45,714 bases of DNA, taken from positions 1 to 45,714 of the forward strand of contig JACCTL010000061.1 of assembly GCA_013812395.1 (NCBI GenBank), in the 5' to 3' direction. The notes under the pieces were generated by a model, which worked only from the letters and a program-made list of their open reading frames with translations, did not search any database and had not been told where the DNA came from. The number at the start of each line of letters is the position of its first letter. The stretch's first letter is position 1. A program made the translations under genes and the position numbers. This DNA is from Euzebyaceae bacterium. GTDB lineage: Bacteria; Actinomycetota; Nitriliruptoria; Euzebyales; Egibacteraceae. This document shows positions 26,294 through 35,331 of the stretch, in pieces.

Positions 26294-26485
26294 CTACAGG
26301 GTCGAACTGTTGCGGTCCCGTTGACCGAACGGGTCGGTGATGTCGATTTGGCCTTGCACCACCAAGGCGACGACGTACCCGATGAGGCCGAGCAACCCGG
26401 TCAACAGGGCGCCGTCGAAGCCGGTGAAGGCCCAGACCGCCCCGATGACGAGGCCGACGATGATGGCGAAGCGAGGTGTGGACAT
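26294..26485 (-). CDS. small two-helix membrane protein (DUF2273-like)
   Basis: ORF 26294..26542 trimmed to ATG 26485. It reads MSTPRFAIIVGLVIGAVWAFTGFDGALLTGLLGLIGYVVALVV. Confidence 0.6.
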   Translation of the reverse strand: MSTPRFAIIVGLVIGAVWAFTGFDGALLTGLLGLIGYVVALVVQGQIDITDPFGQRDRNSSTL

Positions 26486-26507
26486 GACCCCTCCAGCGGG
26501 ACTTGAG

Positions 26508-26789
26508 TCAGTGCACGCGCGGCGTCGCCGCCCGCTGCACACGCAGCCGCGCGGACAGCGCGGCGAGGATCAGACGCCACCAAGGCGGCTGGTGAATGAC
26601 GATCAGCGGGGGTGGTGACGGAGCGGCCAGCGTCTGCCGGGCTTCGACGACTCGGCGGAACTGCTCCACCGAACCGCCGTGGTCAGGGTGACTGTGGCGG
26701 GCCCGAAGCCGGAAGGCAGCGTCGATGACGGCGGGGTCGCACGACCCGGGAACACCCAGGACCTCTCGTGCTTGCGCGCTGGTCATCAT
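26508..26789 (-). CDS. small J-domain protein with hydrophobic tail
   Basis: ORF 26508..26885 trimmed to ATG 26789 (MMTSAQAREVLGV...). It has the HPD motif in ARHSHPDHGG. Then comes PPWWRLILAALSARL. The longer ORF version would read through the 26-nt repeat copy. Confidence 0.6.
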   Translation of the reverse strand: MMTSAQAREVLGVPGSCDPAVIDAAFRLRARHSHPDHGGSVEQFRRVVEARQTLAAPSPPPLIVIHQPPWWRLILAALSARLRVQRAATPRVH

Positions 26790-26857
26790 CAGCTTCCCGT
26801 CGTTGCGGTCTGCAGTGGGTTCATACCCGGTCATGCGCCGTTCACGCAACTCGTCGA

Positions 26858-26917
26858 GTCCTCGTGTAGCGAAGCGGTAGGACACAAGGCAGTCCCCATG
26901 TAGCGAAGCGGTAGGAC
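26858..26917 (-). repeat. two copies of the 26-nt motif (core GTCCTACCGCTTCGCTACA on the minus strand), spacing 34 bp
   Basis: On the plus strand 26858-26883 reads GTCCTCGTGTAGCGAAGCGGTAGGAC and 26892-26917 reads GTCCCCATGTAGCGAAGCGGTAGGAC. They lie between the hydroxylase operon stop (26943) and the J-domain gene start. Confidence 0.9.
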
Positions 26918-26942
26918 GCAGACCTGCTGTTGTACGCGTTGT

Positions 26943-29027
26943 CTATGGCAGGAACCGATCCGCCGTGATGGGCAGGTCCCGGACGCGTGTCCCGGTGGCG
27001 TGATAGGCGGCGTTGGCGATGGCGGCGGCGGCGCCGACGATGCCGATCTCGCCGATGCCCTTGGAGCCCATGGGGTTGAGGTGTGGATCATGCTCGTCGA
27101 GCCAGACGGCGTCGATGTCGCCGACATCGGCGTTGGTGGCGATGTGGTACTCGGCAAAGTCGTGGTTCACGACATGGCCGCTACTGGGATCCATGACGCT
27201 GTGCTCATGCAGCGCCATGGACAGGCCCATCGTCATCCCGCCGATGAACTGGGAGCGGGCCGTACGTGGGTTGATGATCCGCCCCACGGCGAAGACCCCC
27301 AGCTGCCGGGGCACCCGGATCTCGCCGGTGTCGGCGTGCACGCGAACCTCGGCAAACTGCGCCCCGAAGGCGTGCATTGCGAAGCGCTCGCTGGCCGGGT
27401 TGTCCGGTGTCTCACCTTCGGTCTCGGAGCCGTCGGCGGGATCGGGTCCGTACTTGTCGCGGAAGGCCCGTGCCACCCCGACGATCGTCGAGCCCCAGTT
27501 GCTGATGCCCGACGACCCGCCGGCCACGGTGGCCATCGGCAGGGCGGAGTCGCCGATCTGCAGGTCGACGGCCTCGACGGGCACGTCGAGCGCGTCGGCG
27601 GCGATCTGGGTGAGCGTCGTCCAGGTGCCGGTGCCGATGTCGGCGGCGCCGATGCGCACCGTGAAGCGCCCGTCGGGGCCGGAGCGGATGTTGGCCACCG
27701 AGCCAGGTTGGCGGTAGGCCGGATAGGTCGAGCTCGCCACCCCGGTGCCGACCAGCCAGCCGCCGTCGCGCCGGGCAGCGGGCGTGGGGTCACGCCGGTC
27801 CCAGCCGAAGCGGCGCGCTCCCTCGCGCAGGCAGCCGACGAGGTTACGGCTGGAGTACGGCAGGCCCGACTCGGGGTCGGTGGCCGGCTCGTTGCGAACG
27901 CGCAACTCGATGGGGTCGATGCCGCAGGCGACGGCCAGCTCGTCCATCGCCACCTCGGGACCGAACATCCCCGGACACTCGCCGGGTGCTCGCATCCATG
28001 ACGGCACCGGCACGTCGAGAGCGGCCAGCCGGTGGCTGGTCCGACGGTTCGGCGAGGCATACATGGTCCGGGTCGAGACCGCGGTCTGCTCGGCGAACTC
28101 CTTGATCTTCGAGGTCTGCTCGACGACGTCGTGGGCGATCGCCGCCAGGTGCCCGTCGCTGTCGGCGCCGAGGCGCACCCGCTGGATCGTCGGTGTGCGG
28201 TAGCCGACGAGGCTGAACATCTGCTGGCGAGTCAAGGCCAGCTTCACGGGTCGGCCGCTGGTCACCTGGGCGGCCAAGCCGGCGAGGACGACGTGCGCAT
28301 GCGGCATGCCCTTAGACCCGAAGCCGCCGCCGACGTGGGGGGCGATCACCCTGACCCGCTCGGGGTCCAGCCCGAACACCGGGGCGACGGTCGTGCGGAC
28401 GGCGTGCACCCCCTGCGTGGAGTCGTACAGGGTGAGGCCGTCGTCGTTCCAGATCGCGACGGTGGTGTGCGGCTCCATCGGGTTGTTGTGCTGCATCGCC
28501 GTGGAGTAGGTCTGATCGACCGTCAGCGCGGCCGACTCCAGCGCGGCATCCACGTCGCCGTCGTCGGTGTCGGTCGGGAAGGAGGGGTTGACCACCTCCG
28601 GTGCGTACAGGTCGTCGCGGTCGGCGCGCAACTGCACGTCGTAGGGCTGCTCGTCGTAGGAGACGCCCATGAGGCTGGCCGCGTGCCGGGCGACCTCGGG
28701 GGTGTCGGCGATGACGGCGCCGACGAACTGGCCACGGAAGGCGACCTCGTCGGACTGCAGTACGGCGAGCTCCGCGTCGTCGGTGCTGGCGAGCCGCGGC
28801 GCGTTGACGTGCGTCAGCACGGCCACGACCCCGTCGAGCGCCTCGGCCGTCGCCGTGTCGACGGCCGTGACCCGGCCACGGGCGATGGTGGCCTGGACCG
28901 GGTGCAGGTAGGTCGCTCGCTCGAGCGGCTGCTCGAAGGCGTAGATGGCGGTACCGGTGACCTTGGCGCGCCCGTCAAGGCGTGCCAGCGATGTGCCGAT
29001 CGCGCGCGGCCGCAGCGGCTCGGTCAT
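26943..29027 (-). CDS. xanthine dehydrogenase/aldehyde oxidase family molybdopterin-binding subunit
   Basis: ORF 26943..29648 trimmed to ATG 29027 ([27 protein letters not shown]...), which overlaps the FAD-subunit stop (ATGA). The length and the GGGFG-type segment ([10 protein letters not shown]) fit the family. Confidence 0.85.
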   Translation of the reverse strand: MTEPLRPRAIGTSLARLDGRAKVTGTAIYAFEQPLERATYLHPVQATIARGRVTAVDTATAEALDGVVAVLTHVNAPRLASTDDAELAVLQSDEVAFRGQFVGAVIADTPEVARHAASLMGVSYDEQPYDVQLRADRDDLYAPEVVNPSFPTDTDDGDVDAALESAALTVDQTYSTAMQHNNPMEPHTTVAIWNDDGLTLYDSTQGVHAVRTTVAPVFGLDPERVRVIAPHVGGGFGSKGMPHAHVVLAGLAAQVTSGRPVKLALTRQQMFSLVGYRTPTIQRVRLGADSDGHLAAIAHDVVEQTSKIKEFAEQTAVSTRTMYASPNRRTSHRLAALDVPVPSWMRAPGECPGMFGPEVAMDELAVACGIDPIELRVRNEPATDPESGLPYSSRNLVGCLREGARRFGWDRRDPTPAARRDGGWLVGTGVASSTYPAYRQPGSVANIRSGPDGRFTVRIGAADIGTGTWTTLTQIAADALDVPVEAVDLQIGDSALPMATVAGGSSGISNWGSTIVGVARAFRDKYGPDPADGSETEGETPDNPASERFAMHAFGAQFAEVRVHADTGEIRVPRQLGVFAVGRIINPRTARSQFIGGMTMGLSMALHEHSVMDPSSGHVVNHDFAEYHIATNADVGDIDAVWLDEHDPHLNPMGSKGIGEIGIVGAAAAIANAAYHATGTRVRDLPITADRFLP

Positions 29028-30031
29028 GGTCGGTCCTTCGTGCCCTGGTCGCGCGCTGCCAGGTCGCGCAGCACCGCGACCAGCGTGTTGCGGGCCATCG
29101 CCACCTTGAAGCCGTTGTCGCGTAAGGGTCGCGCCTGGGCGAGCTCGGCGTCGGCGGCGGCGGCGAACGTCGCGTCGTCTGCCGGCGCGCCGCGGAGCCG
29201 CTCCTCGGCACGAGTTGCCCGCCACGGCTTGTGGGCCACCCCCCCGAGGGCGACCCGCCCGTCGCGAACCACGCCGCCGTCGATGTCCAGCGCCGCTGCC
29301 ACCGAGACCAGCGCGAAGGCGTAGGAGGCGCGGTCGCGCACCTTGCGGTAGGCCGACCTGACTGCGAATCCCAGCGCCGGCACGTCGACGGCCGTGATCA
29401 GTTCGCCGTGTTCGAGCACGGTGTCGCGCTGCGGCTCGTCGCCGGGCAACCGGTGAAAGTCCACCAGCGGGATGCTGCGCTCGCCATCCGCGCCCAGCAC
29501 CACGACGGCGGCGTCGAGCGCGGCCATCGCCACGGCCATGTCCGAGGGATGGGTGGCCACGCAATGCTCGGACGCGCCGAGGATCGCGTGGTTGCGGGTC
29601 CAGCCGTCGATCGCCGAGCAACCCGCTCCGGGTTGGCGCTTGTTGCACGGCGTGGTGACGTCCTGGAAGTACACGCAGCGGGTGCGCTGCAGCAGGTTGC
29701 CGCCGGTGGTCGCCAGGTTGCGCAGCTGACCGGACGCGCCGGCGAGCAGGGCCTCGGACAGCACCGGGTAGCGGGAGCGGATCAGCGGGTCGGCGGCCAG
29801 GTCGCTGTTGCGGACCGTCGCGCCGATGCGCACGCCGCCGCCGGGGAGCTGCTCGATCGCGTCGTAGGGCAGCCGGGTGACGTCGACGAGCAGGTCCGGG
29901 TCGGCCACGCCGAGCTTCATGTGGTCGACCAGGTTCGTGCCGCCGCCGAGGAACGCCGCGCCGGGCCGGCGAGTCACGGTGGCGACCGCGCTGGCGCCAT
30001 CCGCCGCGCGCTGGTAGTCGAACGGGATCAC
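29024..30031 (-). CDS. FAD-binding (CoxM/YagS-like) subunit of the molybdenum hydroxylase
   Basis: GTG 30031 overlaps the 2Fe-2S gene stop. It has [15 protein letters not shown] and [12 protein letters not shown]. Confidence 0.85.
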   Translation of the reverse strand: MIPFDYQRAADGASAVATVTRRPGAAFLGGGTNLVDHMKLGVADPDLLVDVTRLPYDAIEQLPGGGVRIGATVRNSDLAADPLIRSRYPVLSEALLAGASGQLRNLATTGGNLLQRTRCVYFQDVTTPCNKRQPGAGCSAIDGWTRNHAILGASEHCVATHPSDMAVAMAALDAAVVVLGADGERSIPLVDFHRLPGDEPQRDTVLEHGELITAVDVPALGFAVRSAYRKVRDRASYAFALVSVAAALDIDGGVVRDGRVALGGVAHKPWRATRAEERLRGAPADDATFAAAADAELAQARPLRDNGFKVAMARNTLVAVLRDLAARDQGTKDRP

Positions 30032-30531
30032 GGCGCCACCGCCCGGATCGCCGCGACGATGTTGGCGTACGCGCCGCAGCGGCACAGGTTGCCGCTCATG
30101 CGCTCCCGGATCTCGTCGTCGTCCAGCTGCTGCGGGCCGGTCGGGTCTTGTGTGACGTGGCTCGGGTGGCCGGCCTCGAACTCGTCGAGCATACCGACGG
30201 CGGAACAGATCTGGCCGGGCGTGCAGTAGCCGCACTGAAAGCCGTCGTGGTCGATGAAGGCCTGCTGCAGTGGGTGCAGGTTATCGCCGTCCTCCAGACC
30301 GGCGGCGGTGGTGATCCGGGCACCGTCGTGGGCCACCGCCAAGGCCAGGCACGTGTTTGCACGGCGGCCGTCCAGCAGCACCGTGCAGGCACCGCACTGG
30401 CCGTGGTCACAGCCCTTCTTTGGCGAGGTCACGCCGAGCCGCTCGCGGAGCGCGTCGAGCAGGGTCGTCCGCGTGTCGATGGTCAACGACCGCTGCTCGC
30501 CGTCCACCGACAGCGTGATCTGTGCTTGCAT
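30028..30531 (-). CDS. (2Fe-2S)-binding small subunit of the molybdenum hydroxylase
   Basis: GGAG lies 8 nt before ATG 30531. It has [20 protein letters not shown] and LCRCGAY cysteine clusters. Confidence 0.9.
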   Translation of the reverse strand: MQAQITLSVDGEQRSLTIDTRTTLLDALRERLGVTSPKKGCDHGQCGACTVLLDGRRANTCLALAVAHDGARITTAAGLEDGDNLHPLQQAFIDHDGFQCGYCTPGQICSAVGMLDEFEAGHPSHVTQDPTGPQQLDDDEIRERMSGNLCRCGAYANIVAAIRAVAP

Positions 30532-30542
30532 CCAGACGCTCC

Positions 30543-30612
30543 TGATCGTGTGTCCTACCGCTTCGCTACATGAGGACTGATCGTGTGTCCTACCGCTTCG
30601 CTACATGAGGAC
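30543..30612 (+). repeat. perfect 35-bp tandem duplication, each unit containing the 26-nt motif
   Basis: TGATCGTGTGTCCTACCGCTTCGCTACATGAGGAC lies at 30543-30577 and again at 30578-30612. The motif copies are at 30552-30577 and 30587-30612, 20 nt upstream of the operon start codon. Confidence 0.9.
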
Positions 30613-30692
30613 GGCTGGCGGCGGCGATGCGGGTGCGGTAGCGGGCGATGATGTCCGAACGCGCACCCGCCGCGGTGGTGGGTGGCGGTCGG

Positions 30693-30920
30693 TCAGGACG
30701 ACAGGCCGGTGTCTTTGGTCAGCGCGCCAAGGAACTCGTGGCAGCGAATCGCCCGCTGGCCGTCCTGCTCCTGGCAGGAGCGGATGAACGCCACTACATC
30801 GTCGTGGCCCTCGGCATCCTGAGCGTATTTGTCGTACAGCTCGGCGGCCTGCAGGGCGTGGTACTGGATGCTGACAAGGTCGTAGACGACGTCATCGGCG
30901 GGACTGTGGGCGCTACCCAT
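30693..30920 (-). CDS. small conserved-looking hypothetical protein (75 aa)
   Basis: GAGGAG lies 7 nt before ATG 30920. G/C third positions are strong. It is acidic and helical (VSIQYHALQAAELYDKYAQDAEGHDD). Confidence 0.6.
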   Translation of the reverse strand: MGSAHSPADDVVYDLVSIQYHALQAAELYDKYAQDAEGHDDVVAFIRSCQEQDGQRAIRCHEFLGALTKDTGLSS

Positions 30921-30988
30921 GGTTGGCTCCTCGTGTCGCGGCGGGTGTGGTCGGCTGGTCTACCCGGCTGTGCCACGGCCAATCGTTA

Positions 30989-31009
30989 CCCGGCGTCGGT
31001 TTCGCCGGG
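30989..31009 (-). terminator. hairpin CCCGGCG-N7-CGCCGGG just after the MFS stop
   Basis: It is a 7-bp GC stem 19 nt downstream of the stop at 31028. There is no U-tract. Confidence 0.3.
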
Positions 31010-31027
31010 CACCCGTAGCCGGATCGT

Positions 31028-32374
31028 TCACGGCAGGCGGGTCGTGACCGCGATGCCCAGCGCCCCGCCGAGCAGGCAAGAGCCGAAGGCTATCGCCAGG
31101 CCGGCGCTCGCCGGCCACGCCGCCGCCTCGCCGTAGGCAACCGCGGCCCCTCCGAGGCCGGCGCCGATGGCGACGCCGAGGTTGTCCGACAGCTGCAGGG
31201 CGGCGCTGAGGCTGCCTTCCTGGCCGTCGGGCGCGCGGGCGAGCACCACCAAGGACGTGGGCGCGTACGCCAGCCCGATGCCGAACGCGGCGGTCGTCCA
31301 TCCCGCGATCGGGACCGCCAGCGGCGTCGTGGCCAGCAGGCCGGAGGCCACCACCACGATGCTGGCGCTCAGCAGGCACATCCCGAGCGTGATCGCGTGC
31401 CGTGGCGACCAGCGGGCGGCCAGGCGTTCCTGGACCCACGCGCCGGCGGTCCACGACAGCGTCGATGCGGTCAGGACCAGTCCGGCGACGCGCACCGACT
31501 GGCCTCGCACGGACGTCAGGGTGAGCGGGATGTAGCTGTCAGCGCCGAAGAAGACGAAGGTCAACAAGCCGCGGCTGGCGATCGCGGCGGGCACATGGCC
31601 TCGCGCGCGCAGGGTGCCAGCCGGCAGGAGCCGGCGCAGCGGTCCGAAGCCGAGGGCACCGCCGGCCAGCAGCAGGATCGCGGCAACCACTGGCTGCGGC
31701 CGCAACAGGCCGGCGAGCACCAACCCGGTTCCCGCCGCGACACGCAGGGCGTCGCGGACTGTTGCCATCCGCGCCGCGGCCCCGGTGCCGCGTCCCAGCT
31801 TTCGCAGGGCAGGCAGCGTTAGGAGGGCCGACACCGCTACTCCGACCAACAGCCCCAGGAACACGATGCGCCAACCCAACCGCTGTGCGACTTCGGCGCT
31901 GACCGCCGGCCCGACCAGTCCAGGCATGACCCAGGCCGTGGACCAGATGGCGAAGACCCGGGGGCGCACGGCCTCGGGGTAGGCGCGGCGCACCGCGACG
32001 TAGGACACAGCCGTCAAGGCGCCGGCCCCCAGACCTTGCAGCGCCCTGGCGGCGACCAGCAGGCCCATGGTCGGTGCGGCCCCACCCAGCGCCAGACCGG
32101 CCGCGAACACCGCCAGCCCCGCCGCGAACGGTGGTGCCGGCCCCCGGCGGTCGGCCTCCTGTCCCGCGACAACCACGCCCACCAGCGTCCCGAGGAAGAA
32201 CGCGCTGGTCACCCAGCCGTACAGTCGCAGGCCTTGCAGGTCCTCGGCGATCAGCGGCAGGATCGTCACCACGGCCAGCGCCTCGAACGCGGCCAGGGTG
32301 ATGGTCAACACCAGTCCCGCCGTCAGGACGCGTCGGCCGGGCGCCCACACCCGCTGCTCCACGTCGATCCGCAT
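31028..32374 (-). CDS. MFS transporter (drug/H+ antiporter-like)
   Basis: ORF 31028..32428 trimmed to ATG 32374, which is preceded by AGGAGG. It has 12 or more hydrophobic helices and GQEADRRGPAP in loop 2-3. Confidence 0.8.
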   Translation of the reverse strand: MRIDVEQRVWAPGRRVLTAGLVLTITLAAFEALAVVTILPLIAEDLQGLRLYGWVTSAFFLGTLVGVVVAGQEADRRGPAPPFAAGLAVFAAGLALGGAAPTMGLLVAARALQGLGAGALTAVSYVAVRRAYPEAVRPRVFAIWSTAWVMPGLVGPAVSAEVAQRLGWRIVFLGLLVGVAVSALLTLPALRKLGRGTGAAARMATVRDALRVAAGTGLVLAGLLRPQPVVAAILLLAGGALGFGPLRRLLPAGTLRARGHVPAAIASRGLLTFVFFGADSYIPLTLTSVRGQSVRVAGLVLTASTLSWTAGAWVQERLAARWSPRHAITLGMCLLSASIVVVASGLLATTPLAVPIAGWTTAAFGIGLAYAPTSLVVLARAPDGQEGSLSAALQLSDNLGVAIGAGLGGAAVAYGEAAAWPASAGLAIAFGSCLLGGALGIAVTTRLP

Positions 32375-32510
32375 GCCTCCTGGGTAGCAGGTGCGCCCAG
32401 GCACCGCCAATGTGCTCAAGCAGCACACGTGACGGCCTCGAATGTTGACAAGACGGCAGCCGGCGCGGGATCGTTACGCACGCGACGGGGCGGAAGAAAG
32501 GTGGGAAGTC

Positions 32511-33569
32511 GTGACCACATCCCTCGACGAGCGTCTGTTCGCGGCCACGGTCGGCACGCTGGAACTGTTCAGCGTCTACCTCGGCACGCGGCTGGGGCTG
32601 TACCAAGCACTGCGCGACCACGGGCCACAGCGCAGCGCTGACCTGGCCGGCACTGCGGGGATTCACCCGCGGTACGCCCGCGAGTGGCTGGAACAACAGG
32701 CCGTTGCCGGCTTGCTGACCGTGGACGATCCAGGCCTGCCTGCCGACGAGCGCCGCTACCGGTTACCCGCCGAGCACGCCGGCGTGCTGACCGATCCCGA
32801 CGACGCTGCCCATGTCGCGCCCTTTGCCGACATGCTGGTCGGCATCGCCGGCACCCTCGACGAGGTGGTGGCCGCCTACCGGGACGGCGGCGGGGTGCCC
32901 TACTCGCGGTACGGCGCGGTGTTCCGCCGCGGGCAGGGTGACATCAACCGCCCGGCCTTCCGGTCCGATCTGGTCGGCAGCTGGCTGCCCGCGATTCCGT
33001 CGCTGCAGCAACGGCTGGAACGACCCGGCGCCCGCGTCGCCGACGTCGCCTGCGGCCACGGTTGGTCGACGATCGCGGTGGCCGAGGCCTATCCCGAGGC
33101 CGAGGTCGTCGGCTACGACGCCGATGCGGCGTCGGTGGACGAGGCGCGGACGCACGCGTGCGAGGCCGGCAGCCGCGCGCGCTTCGTGCTCGCCGACGCC
33201 GGCGTGCTGGCCGAAGACGGCCCGTTCGACGCCATCTTGCTGCTGGAGGCGCTGCACGACCTGTCCCGCCCCACCGAGGTGCTCGTCGCCTGCCGCAGCG
33301 CGCTGGCGCCGGGAGGCAGCCTGATCGTGGCTGACGAGGCGGTCGCCGATGATTTCACCGCGCCCGGCGACGACCTGGAGCGGATGATGTACGGTTGGAG
33401 CATCAGTCACTGCCTGCCCGCCGCCATGGCCGAGCAGCCCTCCGCCGCGATCGGCACGGTCATCCGCCCGGACACCGTACGCGCGTTGGCCAGCGACGCC
33501 GGCTTCACCTCGACCGAGATCGTCGACGTCGATGCCGGGATGTTCCGCCTCTACCGGCTGGTGCCGTGA
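32511..33569 (+). CDS. class I SAM-dependent methyltransferase with N-terminal winged-helix/dimerisation domain
   Basis: GTG 32511 follows GAAAGGTGGGAAG. It has motif I VADVACGHGWS and LAPGGSLIV. Confidence 0.75.
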   Translation: MTTSLDERLFAATVGTLELFSVYLGTRLGLYQALRDHGPQRSADLAGTAGIHPRYAREWLEQQAVAGLLTVDDPGLPADERRYRLPAEHAGVLTDPDDAAHVAPFADMLVGIAGTLDEVVAAYRDGGGVPYSRYGAVFRRGQGDINRPAFRSDLVGSWLPAIPSLQQRLERPGARVADVACGHGWSTIAVAEAYPEAEVVGYDADAASVDEARTHACEAGSRARFVLADAGVLAEDGPFDAILLLEALHDLSRPTEVLVACRSALAPGGSLIVADEAVADDFTAPGDDLERMMYGWSISHCLPAAMAEQPSAAIGTVIRPDTVRALASDAGFTSTEIVDVDAGMFRLYRLVP

Positions 33570-33578
33570 TCCGGTGCG

Positions 33579-34292
33579 CTACCGCTCTCGCTGCTTGAGC
33601 GCGGGATCGGGCTGGGACAGCCGGGGGAGCAGCGCCACCGCCATGCTCGCCGCGAAGCAGGCGCTGGCCACTGCCTCTACCACCTCTTCGAGGCTCTGCT
33701 GCAGTCGCTCGGTGGCCAGCGTCATGCGGTTCACGTCGAAGGTGTCGCTGATCACCGCGATCCCAGCCAGCGCCACCGCGACCAGGAACAGTCCCCGGGC
33801 CAAGGGGTCGGGGCGCAGCACGGGCCACAGCCACGGCAGGGCGATCAGCCCGGCGACCAGCAGGATCGCCAGCAGGTAGTCGCCAGGTGCTCCCCATGGC
33901 AGCCCCACCCCGAGGCCGGCCAGGTAGCCGTCGCGCAGGCGCTCGTGCAAGGCGAAGCGCTCGTCGAGCATCAGGGCGAAGAAGCCGGCCGCGAGCACGC
34001 TCCAGCGCCGGGCGGTGACTCCAGCCTGGCCAGACATGGTCGCGTGCGCGGCCGACAGGGCAGCGCAGGTGGCCGCCAGCAGCAGCAGCGCCGCCTGCAC
34101 GAACGTCATAGGGGTCTGTTCGGGGGCGAGCCATAGCCAGTAGGAGGGCCAGCGGGCGGCGGCGAGCAGCAGCGCGGCGCAGGGTGCGGCGGCGACCAGC
34201 GCGACGGCCGCACGCCGCCGGAGCCGATCGACGGTCATGGGCCGGTCGACGGTCATGGGCCGATCGACGGTCATGGGCCGATCGACGGTCAT
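33579..34292 (-). CDS. polytopic membrane protein with N-terminal MTVDRP x4 repeat
   Basis: ATG 34292 overlaps the upstream gene's stop (ATGA). Four hexapeptide repeats are followed by about six hydrophobic helices. Confidence 0.6.
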   Translation of the reverse strand: MTVDRPMTVDRPMTVDRPMTVDRLRRRAAVALVAAAPCAALLLAAARWPSYWLWLAPEQTPMTFVQAALLLLAATCAALSAAHATMSGQAGVTARRWSVLAAGFFALMLDERFALHERLRDGYLAGLGVGLPWGAPGDYLLAILLVAGLIALPWLWPVLRPDPLARGLFLVAVALAGIAVISDTFDVNRMTLATERLQQSLEEVVEAVASACFAASMAVALLPRLSQPDPALKQRER

Positions 34293-34294
34293 GG
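34224..34294 (-). repeat. 18-bp tandem repeat x4 (CCGATCGACGGTCATGGG on the + strand)
   Basis: The units are at 34224-34241, 34242-34259 (one mismatch), 34260-34277 and 34278-34294. Each carries an in-frame ATG on the minus strand. Confidence 0.9.
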
Positions 34295-35242
34295 CACGGC
34301 CGTCGGACGGATCGTGTTGCGAGGGCTGTCGTCGGCCAGCGCCACGACGTTGTCGACCCACGTGTCCAGCCCTCGGTCCAGTGCCTCCTGGGAGTACCAG
34401 GCAGTGTGGCCCGTCTCGACGATGCGGCCCTCGGTCAGCAGTCGGGCCGCCGCGGCCCGGTCCTGCAGCCAGTCATCGACGGCATAGCCGGCCACGCGGC
34501 GCTCGCGCACGGCCGCGACCATGGCGGCCTCGTCCACCAGTTGTGCCCGCGACGTGTTGATCACGATGGCGTCGGGACGTAATCGGGCGATCTGCGCCGC
34601 TGCCAGCAGCGGCGCCGCACCAAAGGTCGTGGGCGCGTGCAGGCTGACCACGTCGACCCTCGACAGCAGCTCGGGAAGGTCGCATCGCGTCACGCCCGCT
34701 ACCTCGTGGCCGCGGGGGTCGTAGCCGAACACCGGCATGCCAAGAGCTTGGCTCAGCGCGGCGACCCGTGAGCCGATCCGTCCCAGCCCCACCACGCCCA
34801 TACAGCGGCCGTGCGCCTGCCAGCCGCGGACGGACGTGCTCTCCGGCACCCGGCCCAGCCCCTTGTCCCGGCTCAGGTGCAGCCGCCGCGCCAGCGTCAG
34901 CAGCAGCCCGATCGTGTGCTCGGCGACGGACACCGCCGAGTAGTCCGGCAGGTGGGCCAGGGTGATGCCACGCCGGTGCAGCGCCGCCAGGTCTATGAAG
35001 TCGACACCGGTCGCGAAGACCGCGACGCCGCGCAGGCTGGCCGGCAGCGATGCGATCACGTCGGCGCACAGGATCGGCACGGAGCGCGGGGTCACGCCAG
35101 CGTAGGCGGCCTGCCCTAGCAGCGAGGCCAGATCCGCCGCCGGCAGCGCCGCGGTGGCGGTGTGAAACATCGTGTCGCCGGCCTGCTGCAGGCGCGCCAC
35201 CTGCGCCGAGTTGAAGGTCGCCTTGCCGTTTGCCGTCACCAT
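34289..35242 (-). CDS. D-isomer-specific 2-hydroxyacid dehydrogenase family protein
   Basis: ORF 34289..35335 trimmed to ATG 35242. It has the NAD motif GVVGLGRIGSRVA. Confidence 0.8.
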   Translation of the reverse strand: MVTANGKATFNSAQVARLQQAGDTMFHTATAALPAADLASLLGQAAYAGVTPRSVPILCADVIASLPASLRGVAVFATGVDFIDLAALHRRGITLAHLPDYSAVSVAEHTIGLLLTLARRLHLSRDKGLGRVPESTSVRGWQAHGRCMGVVGLGRIGSRVAALSQALGMPVFGYDPRGHEVAGVTRCDLPELLSRVDVVSLHAPTTFGAAPLLAAAQIARLRPDAIVINTSRAQLVDEAAMVAAVRERRVAGYAVDDWLQDRAAAARLLTEGRIVETGHTAWYSQEALDRGLDTWVDNVVALADDSPRNTIRPTAVP

Positions 35243-35331
35243 GGCGATCCGCGGCCTCAATCCCGTCCCCTTTACCCGTCGCGACCGTCGCGGTCGTTGC
35301 GCCGTGGCAGAGCCTAGGGCTTGAGTATGAA

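Noticed and set aside
26790-26885. The longer J-domain ORF starting at GTG 26885 (MSYRFATRG...).
   Set aside because: Its first codons are simply the 26-nt repeat read as protein; the same SYRFAT appears at the 30573 copy. The J-domain homology begins after Met33.
27000-29324. Plus-strand ORFs 27000..28001, 27013..27717 and 28032..29324.
   Set aside because: They are antisense to the molybdopterin subunit and have no recognisable domains.
29028-29648. A 207-codon N-terminal extension of the Moco-subunit ORF (track ORF 26943..29648).
   Set aside because: It is Arg/Gly-rich low-complexity sequence that lies entirely inside the well-supported FAD-subunit gene in another frame. The conserved N-terminus starts at ATG 29027, which is coupled to the upstream stop.
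26858-30612. Inverted 26-nt repeats considered as the ends of an IS element or composite transposon.
   Set aside because: There is no transposase or recombinase between or beside them. The cargo is an ordinary tightly coupled metabolic operon, and I see no flanking target-site duplication. It is kept as a finding, but not called a mobile element.
22806-34294. Tandem repeats at 22806-22940, 30543-30612 and 34224-34294 considered as possible CRISPR arrays.
   Set aside because: The units are directly abutting with no unique spacers. There are only two to four copies, and no cas genes are present in the window.
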